The notes under the pieces were generated by a model. That model was not told the DNA's origin and searched no databases. It worked only from the letters and a program-made list of their open reading frames with translations. From the NCBI GenBank assembly GCA_045837725.1, contig JBEWZL010000257.1, positions 310,001-352,571 of the forward strand: DNA of 42,571 nt. The letters are read 5' to 3'. Origin of the DNA: Vermamoeba vermiformis (Eukaryota). A program made the translations under genes and the position numbers. Of the stretch, positions 12,555 to 24,343 are shown piece by piece. Numbering within the stretch: position 1 is the first letter of the stretch; each line of letters begins with the position of its first letter.

Positions 12555-14014
12555 ATGGCTAATTTGGTTATGAATATTACGCTAATATTCTCGTTGGCTT
12601 TGCTAGTCTCAACAGTCACCGCTGCATGCAAACCAAACGATGATTCTTGGATTTTGATGGATGCACCCGTTGGTGGCACGCCAACAGGCTCCTTTGATTT
12701 CGATAATTTAGGATTCTCCATTAGAACCCCTTGGTCTTATTTTGACTCTCCTCTCGCCGTTTACAACGACGGCGCCGGCCAAGTTGCGTATATAGGTGGA
12801 GCTACTGGTAACTTGTACAACTACATCTTTCAAGCGTCTGGCGGTAGCACGTGGGACGGAGGAGCAGTATGGGACGGATTTGGCGACAAGCCTGGCTATT
12901 ATTGGCTGACGAATGATCCGGACAATACTTGCTATTTGAGCTTTGTAAATCCCGTTGCAATAGTTACATTGCGAGCCCAAGGCGATGCAAATGCTGCCAG
13001 CATTAACACTATTGAAGCGTATGATGTTAATGACACTTTAATTGCATGCTATAGCGACATCAACGAAAGAGGCGGAACGAATCGTTATTTTGATCTCGGA
13101 TTTCGGACCAGCATTCCTATGAAAAAGCTGGTATTTAAGGGCATTATATCTATGGATAACTTTCAGTTTTGTACGTTAATAGCTCACTTTTTTAGACCCA
13201 TATTATTAATCTGTGCTTCTTTAAAGCCGATCCGTTGTGCCAGCCTGACTCGTGCGACACTAACGCCTGGTGCTTCAACAACCTTGCTAACAGCGGAGTC
13301 ATGTGTTCGTGCAAGACCGGCTATAGTGGCGAAGGATCTGTGGGCACCTGCACTGGTAAGTTTTCAATGGAGATAAAAGTGGTGATAGTTGTTAAAATAT
13401 CAATGCGGTGCAGACAAGAACGAGTGCGACCTCTCGGTTTGTGCTGCCCACGCGACCTGCACGAACTTGCCAGGCACATATAACTGTACGTGCAATGAAG
13501 GCTACGAAGGTGACGGCTTCACCAACTGCACTGGTACGTTACAGACACCACTGAACGAGCATTGTTTGACACTGCACCTCTTAGACATCAACGAGTGCGA
13601 CATAGGGCTGTGCAGTCCGAATGCAGTGTGCGTCAACTACGAGCCCGGCTTCAACTGCACGTGCAATGATGGCTACGAAGGTGACGGCCTCACATGCACA
13701 GGTAACGTGTCGCTGACTTGACACCAAGCACCACCGCATCGCTGACACAACACTTTGCTCTCGCAGACAAGAATGAATGTGCCACCAATCCGTGCGATGT
13801 GAATGCGAGCTGCACCAACACTGAAGGCTCGTTCACGTGTGCGTGCAATGACGGCTACACTGGTGATGGCAACACGTGCACTAAGATCGAGACACCAACT
13901 GCTCCAACAGCGGCTCCTACATCTAGCCCCAAGGGCAAGGTTTCATCAGCTGACCGACCCTCTTCGCTCTGTGAAATAGCGTTGTCGGTGGTCGCAGTTA
14001 TCTTAATGTTATAA
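12555..14014 (+). CDS. Secreted/GPI-type EGF-repeat surface protein, paralogue of 7184-8662
   Basis: Homologous N-domain (PTGSFDFDNLGFS, PGYYW, GDANA, GTN), four EGF exons, hydrophobic tail. Confidence 0.85.
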
Positions 14015-14096
14015 ACAGATGCAGAGTCTTTTAGCTTGCGATGATAGACCACACGAACAAACGCTACCGCTAAAACATTTACTAAACGCTAATTCA

Positions 14097-15555
14097 TCAA
14101 TCTAATGGGTTGACCTTCAAGTGGTAAGAGCGCATCACCGCGAGTGCTTGCCTCGGTCCCATGTGCGGTGGACTGACGATGAGGTAGGCTGGCTCCGAGT
14201 ACGAGGGTCGAAATTTCTGTCGAAAGGATAGGATGGCATTCTGCCACGCGAATCTGTTGATCATCTTGAAGACTCCGCGAATGACTACGTATTAGTCGGT
14301 TAGTATTAGCGTAGTCTATTGTCAATTAAGTGCGCACCATATTCTTCGACCATAGCAAATCCCCGAATGTCTCCGAATTCACTTGACGGCGAAGGTCCGA
14401 ATGAAATGTAAGTGCAGCCTTCTTTGCCTAGTGAAGTGAATGTTTCGTCGATTAACAATTCGGTCGTTCCTTTAGTAATTAGAAATTATTAATTATTAGC
14501 GCACGCGATATTTTAGAATTTAAGGATATTTCCTACCTTTCGGAGCATGCGGGATCTGCAGCAGATGCTCCACTAGGTAGCCGTTCTTTCCTTTTAACGA
14601 TACTAATGAAGTGATTGCGATGACCTTGCCGTGCTGAGAAACGTAAAAGAGACGTGACCGAGGCTTGAACAACTGGATGTCGCAGAGATAAAATTGTATA
14701 CCTCGTCTATTCTGATTCCACGCATCAGCGACCTATACAGAATTACAATGTTAATTGCTTGTAATTTCCCTTTATAGCTATAGCTCTCACTTGGATAATT
14801 TGGTTTTGCAATTCGAGGTCTGGATGCGTATCGAATTTGTGCTCCCCTACTATCAAGCCATCTTTTCGGGCCTTGACAATGTTTCGTTTCAGATCTGCAG
14901 TCAATTTCAGCAATTATTGTGAATTTTTCTCCGTAAATCACAGTCAAATTTTGAAACTCGTGATGGTACCTTTTGCGATCGCTCTATACTCGCTTGGATT
15001 GAATATTAAGTCCTTTCCGTAGTTCAGAATGCCACAATTTCCGCTTTTCAAAGCTAAGTTCGCGAATTCGGGGCTTGCTGTGGCAAAGAGCATGTCCGCT
15101 CCTTTCTTTCTGCAAAACTCTTTGAATCTCTCCAATAATGCACCTTGATGTGAATCACACATCGGATCTCCAAAGGCTACAACGCATCCCAAATTTTCCT
15201 GATCCATTCGTAAGTTTCAGCACCTTATTAAATAATTATGTCAATTATTATTAGAACTTACACGATATGCGATGCATCCTTCGATGCCTTCTACGCGGAA
15301 AAGGCTTGTGAGCGGATCCAGAAGGCAATTGGACACTGTACCGCCAAATTTGTCCGTCCAATCGGTTAGAGTGTTGACCGAAAGCCCTTGTTTATCTTCT
15401 CCTCGTAGTATAGCGGCTCTATTCTCTGAGAACACTATGGACGGAGCGGACTTTCCGTTCGTCTTCTTGCTTTCGAGAATTAAGGCCATTAATAGCATTA
15501 CAAACTTGCGAATCCATTCGTAAAACTTTAAAACGACAATATTCCGTGTTAACAT
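14097..15555 (-). CDS. Stand-alone DUF2156 / phosphatidylglycerol lysyltransferase C-terminal-like (aminoacyl-tRNA transferase) protein; start uncertain (possible extra 5' exons to ~15704)
   Basis: KFGGTVSNCLLDP..FRVEGIEGCIAYR, VVAFGDPMC, HAPK/GTTELLI...ISFG, LSFRQKFRP...PAYL motifs; no MprF flippase TM domain or aaRS domain. Confidence 0.75.
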
Positions 15556-15817
15556 GGTGACTAAATTAAATTGAAAGGAGTATACCCTCAGAGCCGGTCC
15601 ACCTTGATCAAAGGCAAGAAAGCTCGGTGAAAACCTGCAGAAATGAAGTAAAGATTGCGAATCAAAATTATCCTAAGATGTAACATTACCTGCTTTTTAA
15701 TCATGGTTAGTGCACCGAGAATGAATTAATCGAGGCACGATTGCGAAAATTTATTGTAACAATTTCTGACAAATTGTGAAATGATACCTGAACTCCGTAA
15801 CTGGTCAAAGATCTTGA

Positions 15818-17078
15818 TCATGTTGCTAAATCCTCAATGTCTCCAATAGTACCAGTTGCGCAGGAAGGTTGTTGAGCAGCTGTAACACTCTTCACCCAGT
15901 CGTAAATGCCTTGGCGTTGCACGAATCTGTTGCCGTCAAATCCACTTTGAGACAGCGCCACTTGCACGGGCACGTCGAGAATGGACTGCGAGGGGACTTT
16001 GCTGCCGTTCTGACAGTTCAAGAACCTCATGCGCTCGTCTAAAATGAGGTACGAGTCTTTCATCACGTCGTTGGGCTCGGCCACCAATGACGTTTGGGCT
16101 GCGTGACGGGCCAGAAACTCGTTGAATTGCTCGGTCGAGATGAGAAGTCCGTGAGCATCTTTGTTTGTTCTACAAGCCATAGTTAAGACCTAGAACAATG
16201 TATACTCGAGTCTAGCTACAAAACTTACTTATTTTCACCAACATTCTCGCCGTCAATGAGCAGCACTTGAAACACTTTCCATCTGAACGGAGCCAAGGCT
16301 GCAATGTGTGCGTTCATGTCTTCGTGATAGTTGTAGCGACAAATCACCGAGTTCATCTTGAACTTGATGTTGTATTTTCGGCACCACTGCGCGACATTGT
16401 AGACTTGTGCCACGTGCTTACCATTGCCGCGGCCAATTTTGATGTTGGTCTGTTCGTCAAAACTGTCGCACGAGATAGCTAAGATGTCGAGGTACTGGCC
16501 CCACGTTTGGAACCAATCTTCTTTAATCTTGCTGCCGTTTGACACGATGCTGACTGCCAGACCAAGTTCCTAAAATAGAAAATTGACATCTGTCATGATA
16601 GGTATAACCCCAAAACAAATTTATTGTCAGAATCTCGTCCGCGGACGAATGAATTGCTAATCCTACCTTTGAATACTTGCACATTTGTCCTAATAGTTTG
16701 GGAAACAGAAAGGGCTCGCCTCCTAAGAATAATATGGTTAATAGATGCTGCGCATCTGTATTCACATTCAGTTCGATTTACCTGCGAAGTTAATTTTCTT
16801 CATCCCGGCTTCGCGCAACAGTTTGATACCACGCATTGCCTCCTCTGATCAAAATAATAATTAATTAGGATCGAACACGTTGTCTTAGCGTGTCTTTCAA
16901 AGTTACCTATCGGCAGTTTGAAGGTGTTGGTTTTGGTGTGAAAGCAGAACTTGCATTCGTAGTTGCAATCGCGCGAGAAGTGATAATTGACGCTGATTGG
17001 CTTCAATTGATTTCGATATCTGCGCCAGATGAAAATGGCAGCTGACACGAAGCCAAGGGCGAGTAGAATTAGCCACAT
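15818..17078 (-). CDS. RSAD2: Viperin (RSAD2-like radical SAM ddhNTP synthase), multi-exon
   Basis: N-terminal hydrophobic helix; [20 protein letters not shown] (CxxxCxxC), [26 protein letters not shown]...[39 protein letters not shown]. Confidence 0.96.
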
Positions 17079-17291
17079 TTGAAGTAAAAGAATGTAATAT
17101 ATTAACAGGTGTTTGTGTTGTTGATTAAAGTATTAAAATTAAGTGAAAAAATGCGAAAAAGAGTTAAATAGCCTTCGCTTTCTCAACACGCCGTGTCTAG
17201 TTTTGGGCTCACAAAATCACGTGCGGGACAAATAGAAAGGACCTAAAGAGTCATTAATCTCATTATACGTTTGCCGTTAGATGAAAACATC
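17079..17291. promoter_or_regulatory. Putative bidirectional promoter between viperin and CYTH genes
   Basis: Only 213 bp between divergent ATGs; contains a CACGTG palindrome at 17218-17223. Confidence 0.5.
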
Positions 17292-18095
17292 ATGTTGCGA
17301 ATTGTTAGCAGGGCACCAGTCGCGCTAAAAAGTAGATGGAGCGGAAAATTCAGCGTGCAAAAGAGATTGCTTGCTAGCGACTCAAAAGGTGATAAAATTG
17401 AAATAGAAGTCAAATTTCCATTTACTAAGGCCGAAGAAGACAAAATTCAAGCCATCTCAAAGCTCATCTCGATCAAACGCTTTACGGACCACTATTTCGA
17501 CAATAATAGTTATACTCTTACCTCAAAGGATATTTGGCTCAGACAAAGAGACGACAAGTGGGAATGCAAAACTACCAGGCTGGATTTCGAACCAAGCTCA
17601 AAACCTGAGAACGTGGTGAGTTACGATCTATTACTCTGACTATATTAATCTCAATGTACTTAATAGCAAGCTCTCGGTGATAGATACCATGAAATCGAGA
17701 AAGAGGCGGACATAATTCAGTACTTACACGGATGTCATTTTCTACGCACAGGAATTGCAGAAAATTCTGACCTTCTCCAAATATTGCTAGCCAATGGATA
17801 TACGTCATTTTGTAGCATTGAGACTACAAGAAAAAAATATCAGTACCGAGATTTAACTATTGACTTGGATTTGACTAATTTTGGGTACCAAATTGGCGAA
17901 ATCGAAATAGTGGTCAATTCTAAAGAACAAATTCTTACCGCTGAAGAGAAGATCCATCGCTTTGCACGAGAACTAGGACTGAGTATCAATTCTGGCGTGC
18001 CTGGCAAAGTCCTGTCGTATTTGCAACGCTTCAGACCCGAGCATTATCGAGCACTACGCAATAGTGGCTTGTTGGACGCTAAAGGAATTAAATAA
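17292..18095 (+). CDS. CYTH-superfamily triphosphatase, thiamine-triphosphatase (THTPA)-like, 2 exons
   Basis: IEIEVKF (ExExK), FTDHYFD, DIWLRQRD..WECK, DLDLTNFGYQIGEIE, PGKVLSYLQRFRPEHY; Arg/Ser-rich N-terminus resembling a mitochondrial presequence. Confidence 0.9.
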
Positions 18096-18163
18096 AGAAA
18101 CATGCATCTTGGAAAATAAATATTTTGCACAGCGATTTGTGTTGCTGTAATAAGACAAAAGCT

Positions 18164-19778
18164 TTATTTGGCAATGTGAAAAACAATAACGAGCAAAATA
18201 CTCGTAAAACAAGATACAACCAGCTGTACTCCACCAGAGACATGTGACTGTGGAGTTGATTGCCCTTGTGGTGTTTGAACTGGCAGTGCGTCATCAGAGC
18301 ACGAGTGACCGAAGATTTGATTAACGCAATGAGAGTTTGCGCCACAGTCGACTGCTTCGCTTGTGCATCGATCAACTGGAATTAACCAAATGTCTTTGAA
18401 TGGGTTATCATATTGCGGGTCGTTTGCTCCACCGTAGAAGAACACATCACCGTCAACATTGAGTCCATTCGCACCTCCTTGATAATACCTACCAGGCATC
18501 GCTGAGCCAGGAGTACGGTAGTTGCTGAAATTGCCTGGAAGATTTTGTTTCGATGGGTCTCCGTAGAGCAGTTTCCATTGCTTCAAAGTCTTGTGGAACA
18601 GCCAAACATCATTTTGTGCGGACCACGCATCTTCATTTTGAGATCCGTTGACGACATAGCCACCACCAGCAGCGACAAGTATCGTGCCGTCTTTGCGATC
18701 AACAACCGTCATGCCTTCTTTGGCAGGAGGAATATTGCCAGGATGAAAGTCATCTGAAACAACCGTTGGTCCGTTCCAGAAGTTAGCGTTAGAGCCGTAC
18801 TCGAGCTGCCATTGATGCGTACGAGTGTCATAGGACCACATGTCACTGAAGTCGTTCCTTTCTCCGTTTTCCAAGTAACCACCTCCACCAAAAAGCCAAA
18901 CGCGGTCGTTCTCGTCAATATCGCAGCCAAGAAGAGATCGACCGCCATAAATGGGGTTACTGCCAAACTTCGTAAAAAGATGACCGAAGTGGAGGACGGT
19001 AGTGTTTCCGCTGACGAAAGTCCATTGCAGTGAGGTGGTATTGAAGTGCCAAGCGGTGTCTGTATAGCCAAAATAACTATCGCCCGAAATAAGCCACAAG
19101 TTATTCTTGGAATCGGTGACTAAACACGCGCCAGTTCTTTGTCCCGGATTGACGTCATCACCTGGTTGACCTGGATTGCTACCAACGATTTGTTCATTAT
19201 ATCCTTTCTGCCCTGTTATCCAAGTGAACATATAAGACGTTGTGTTGAACATCCACAGCTCGCAGCATTCATTCTGTGAGATGAACCAGATGTTGTCGTT
19301 GCGATCTATCGTGCCTTGGAAGAAGTTGACTCCACCAGGGTAGTTGTCTTCTGATGGCACTCTGAGTTCACCAGGATTACGGAGATAAGTGCTCGAGTTG
19401 CCTGGACCAGCCACCCATCGATACAGATCTGTTTTTGGATCGTAGTTCCAAACTGTCATCAGCCAATCTCGCGGATTGTAATTGCGAGTACCGAACAGGA
19501 TCCAAAGTGTCTTCTTCGAGTCCATTACAACTATGGGCATTTCTCCTCGGCCGCCAGCACCAACGGAAATATTGGTCCAAACTCCTCGTTCAGGGAACTG
19601 TTCCATGTAATCCTCGGGCGAATCTAAGATAATAATGAATTAATTAGTGCGAAGTGAAGGTATATTTCTTCTTACCATATTTGATATTTGATGGAGAAAC
19701 CCAGATCGGATCTACGGCAGCAGTAAACGTTGACGCGACCAACAGTGAGGCCAGCAAAGCTTTCAATAATAACATCAT
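18164..19778 (-). CDS. Secreted Kelch/galactose-oxidase-type beta-propeller + EGF + GPI-type tail, 2 exons
   Basis: Signal-peptide exon (ATG 19778); repeated LW.FGG...D.W.Y/F...QW blades; C-terminal 5-Cys EGF-like module and hydrophobic tail. Confidence 0.85.
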
Positions 19779-20100
19779 TAGTGCTTGATCAGTCGCGGTT
19801 TAATAAGAGACTAACCTTTTTCAACTGGCATTTTGTTGCGATTCTTAATTTTTTCTGCATCACTCGAACTAGCCGCAGTATGAGGCCAGCATGTTGACGA
19901 TTGAATCACAAACTTCGAGATGCATCTTCATACGTTTGGAATTCCATGTTAATTCCGAATTTCGAGGTCGTTGGATAATTAATCAATTAAATCAAAGGAT
20001 AAAATTAGCAGATCTGAACCGGATGCGTGTAATGTGCGAGACAGTACTAATGCCAGGTAAGCGCTACGGAATGAAATTGAATTGCGATGCTAACCAGGTC

Positions 20101-22706
20101 TTAGGTGAGGACACGTTGATCCTTGAAGCCGCGATCATCGTCAATAAATGCATCACTGGTGACCAATAATTAGGCAACTATAAATATTACCTGCTTTTAA
20201 ATGCTGCAGATTTTTATTCTGGACCTAGCACGAAGAAAAATCAACGACTAGCCGACGAACTATTTTACCAAATTGAGCTCGAAAGGATTGCACGGTGTCC
20301 AAAGTCCGTCGATCACTCGTTCGTACAAGAACACTGGCTCTTTCGGCTTAAAGTTTGCGAATGTGATCTCCCTACGTGCACGTGTCAACTTTCAAATCGT
20401 ATAATACAGCACAGTACTTACACGCAACGCTCTTTCGCACGCACCGATGAGGTCATGGGAGGTGCTTTGAGCTGCTTCAAGGCCTGCACGAATGCATTGG
20501 TCGCGGGCTCTTCAGCGTCCTCCGACCAGAATGCCGTGACGCGTGCCACTGCGCGTATTTGCGTGCCTTTGTAGACAGGATAGCTCGTGGGCACATCAAT
20601 CAAGAAGGTGAGTGATCTGTAGCGGTTGCTGCCGTACTTTTTGAGCAGATAATCGTCTAATTGGCTTAACACTACTGGCTCCGTGGATAATTCGCCCTAT
20701 TAATCCATTATTAGTAACTCAAAGACATAAATTTTGATCGTACATTAACTATTTTGGTTAACTTGACTGTCTGTGTCGTGTCAACATCAAACCGGATTCG
20801 AGTAACGCTATCGAATGTTGTTAGAATGAGAAGGAGCGATGTCATTGACCCAATACTCACTTCGACTTGGATGCTACGATCAAACTTCCGTCGGGCAAGA
20901 AGTTCACGTGTTCGACATCGAAGGACGGCAACTCGACGTGCTTTTTGGTGCGCCAATCAAACACGATCGGAAAACCAAAGTTGAGTACGACCTTGCTACC
21001 ATGCACAGCGATAGAAACAATATATATCTATTGCTGCGTTAGTGGTGGCGATGATTAATGTCCTCGTAGCTTACCGAGCTAAGTTCGTCCTCTCCACCAA
21101 ACACTCTTTTGATGTAGTTGAAAGTCGTCAACAGTCTGTTTTGTTTCAAGTCATACACGGCAATTGTTGCGTCGTCGGGGGTGTAAGCCATCTACAGCAT
21201 TGATTAACTCCAGACTTCGAACTATATTGCACCGAACTTACAGTGTTGCCATGGATTCCAACTTTAGCAAATGCCAATTTTTCCAGGTTCAAAGGATACA
21301 CGCGATCGATGATGCGTGTGACAGTATTGTAGAATTCAATGCTTCTTTCGGTCGAGGTCACTATGTAATCTCCCTGCAAACCTATCAGCAACTGCATTGA
21401 TATTTGCTTCATATTCAACTTACCCAATACGCGAGAATTCCATCGAAAGATTTGAAATGCTGTTTGTAAGTGGAGTGTGTAGTCATACCACAGGGCAGCA
21501 CTGTGTGGTCGTAATTCTGGCCGCGCTTTTGTCTAATATCGTCAGACATTATTCATGCTGCTCTATTAATCTTAAGTACCTCGTAAACGGCTCAGAGTAG
21601 ATTAAAAACTTTTGACAGCCAGGTTTGCAATTCGGCACTGCCTTCAATCTCATTGGTGGCTCTGTAATTCTGAAGTACTGGAACTGATTTTTTGGCATCT
21701 TGTGGTCTTTATCAACATCTGTGACACGTGTCAATAGTGTTCGAGTGTAATTTGTATTAGTCCCCTTACCGTGTTGCCGTAAAGACACGTAGATCGAACC
21801 GTTTTCCTCCTCGAGTTCAGTGGCAGGTCTGTATACATCGAATGTAGTCCAGTCGACACCGTGAGTGTTGTATATTGGCTGCACCAACACTCCGTTGAGC
21901 CACATGCCAGGCGCATGTCCAGCTTGAGTACTTGTCTCATTTGAGAGATCAATCGAATAACTGCGCATCACTTGAGCCTCTTCTTCGTACGAGCTGCAGA
22001 ACAAGTTAGCATGGCACGTCAATTGTTAGTTTGCATTCGCGTACTTAGAGACCCAATAGCACAAGTGCACGAGCACTTCCATGCCCCGCACTGAGCTCAC
22101 CAAGTAGTAGCGCTTCGAGTGCATATTTGAAGGAGAGGCAGCTAGGGTCTCGGCCCAATACCTACAGAGGTCGTTGAGAATGTGATTTTATAATCGCAAT
22201 TACACCGCTCGTACCTGCCCTCGTTGAAGTTATTCTCTGCTGCTTCTCGTCGTCTTAACTCTTTGTTCCAATTAAAGCCCTCCGCAAAGAAATGTGCAGG
22301 CGCGTCACCATATTGTTGAAGGTATTGGGCCTTGCAATGAATATTAATAAATTAAATATTACATTGGGCACGGCTAATATACTTACCCAAGGCAAGCCGA
22401 GTAACGCGTTGAACCAGTGTTTGGAAATTCGACTTGCTCTAACTTGATCTTGAATAGATAAATTGTCGCATATTAATAGAATCAATTCTACTGGCAATTG
22501 AGAGTCTTGGTTGCTTTGATCTGTTGAAAACGGTTTTCTGTTCTAAAATTTAATTTTAAAGACTGCTATGAAAAATTGAATCAATAGTGCTACAAAATGA
22601 TTCTATTGTTAACCAATGAATAAATAAAAATAGTCCTCGATTATTTTCTACTTACAAGATAGTTGTGCAGCGCGACGGATCCGACGGCAACTTTGTGAGC
22701 TAGCAT
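20101..22706 (-). CDS. F-box protein, multi-exon
   Basis: QLPVELILLICDNLSIQDQVRASRISKHW F-box motif in exon 2; in-phase first exon from ATG 22706; downstream exons chain to stop at 20101. Confidence 0.75.
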
Positions 22707-22829
22707 TGTACTTGTATCCTATCGCTATAATTTTTACTCGATGTATATCAAGTGTTGTTTACTCAACAGAGAAAATGTTACAAATACAAACTCAAATTTC
22801 GAACCAAAAAAATACACAAATGAGCAGGA

Positions 22830-23831
22830 TTAATGAGCAGCAGTCAAGATGGATTTAATCTCGGCATTGGCGGCAACGTCCATAGGAGTTTTCTATTTTG
22901 AAAAAATTAACTAGGAACTTGATCGCGTTGAGTCGGAAAACTTACGCCGTCCTCGTCCTTGCCATCAGTCTTAGCACCCTTGCTGAGCAAGAACTTGAGA
23001 ACTTCAACGCGGTTGTTCGCGGCGGCTAAAATAATAAATTAGACCGGAGAAATTATTGACGTCAGTTTGACGAGGTAGATTTACTATCTCGTACCTTTGT
23101 GAACTGGGCTCCAACCAATCTCTTCGACAGCATTGATATCAGCACCGTTCTCTACGAGTACTTTGACGATTTCCAAATGTCCTTCACGGGAAGCCAGATG
23201 CAAGGGAGTTCGCTTTTCGATAAATTTTAGTTTACGCAGCTATTTTCAGCAATCGCAGTGCATACCTCGTACTAAATATAGGTAGATTAGTATAAGATCG
23301 ACCATTGAAGACAATGATATTGCTTACTCGTTCACGGGCCATCACACGGGCTTTGTGTGAAACCAAAAATTGAACAGCTTCGAGCTTGCCCTCCAAAGCA
23401 GCTTCATGCAAACAAGTATTCTATCCATCGTTGAATACCGTGCTACTTGGTAATGAATCAATTTTACTTACTTGGAACTGAAAAAAATCAGCGTTAGAAA
23501 ATGAAAAATAATTCAATTTATTGGTTTGCAATTACCTGATCTCTATGATTGACGTCGGCACCGGCCTTGACTAACACCTCCATGACTCTGACTCTGTTGT
23601 GGAGGGTAGCAGCGAAGAGAGGAGTGCGCTAAGCAAGGTTAATTCGAATTGACAGGACAGCACCGACTTACTTGATCCTAAAAAAATGTGATTAGTTAAC
23701 TTAGCTAAGTAATAAGTCAAGCGGAAACAACTTACAGAATCGGTTTCGTCGACGAGATCAGGGTCTTCCTTCAACAAAGCGGCAACTTCTTCGGGCTTAT
23801 CACGTTCGCAAAGAGAGAAGATATCGGCCAT
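22830..23831 (-). CDS. Small ankyrin-repeat protein, multi-exon
   Basis: [73 protein letters not shown]. Confidence 0.9.
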
Positions 23832-24343
23832 TGTAATTTGTAAGAGATATGTGGTTTACTCGTTACTAGATTTGATTAAATAATTTTCGTTATTGTGCAA
23901 ACTATTTATGTGCTTCCGGTGGACACGTGCTCGCTTTACTTAATATGGTCATTTGAATAAATAGAAGCAATGTTTGGGCTAACGACACAGGCTCGTGACT
24001 AAGGCAAACTTATTATACCTGCAGCAGCGATAAATTAAATTTATACCAAAGTTGAAAAGTCTCAACCACCGAGATTGATGCGACGATGAGCTTGCGGTTA
24101 AGTGGAAGTAAATCTCGTGTTGCAGATTAAATTAGCGGTTTAAGGTTTTGACGGAATATGTTTTATGAACGGAAGATTACGTTAAATAAACCGCCGGTAA
24201 ATTCAGAAAATAGATCGATAAATTGACTTAAATTAGCTTAAAGCGAAAACTAATATGCGATTCGAGCACCACACTTCGCCGAATTTCGAAGGACTTACAT
24301 GAAGGAGTGGTTTATTTACATGGCGAGGAGGAATGGCAGATCG

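Noticed and set aside
17140-17185. ISRE-like GAAA motifs upstream of viperin
   Set aside because: Imperfect matches in A-rich DNA, and IRF signalling is not expected in this non-animal-looking genome
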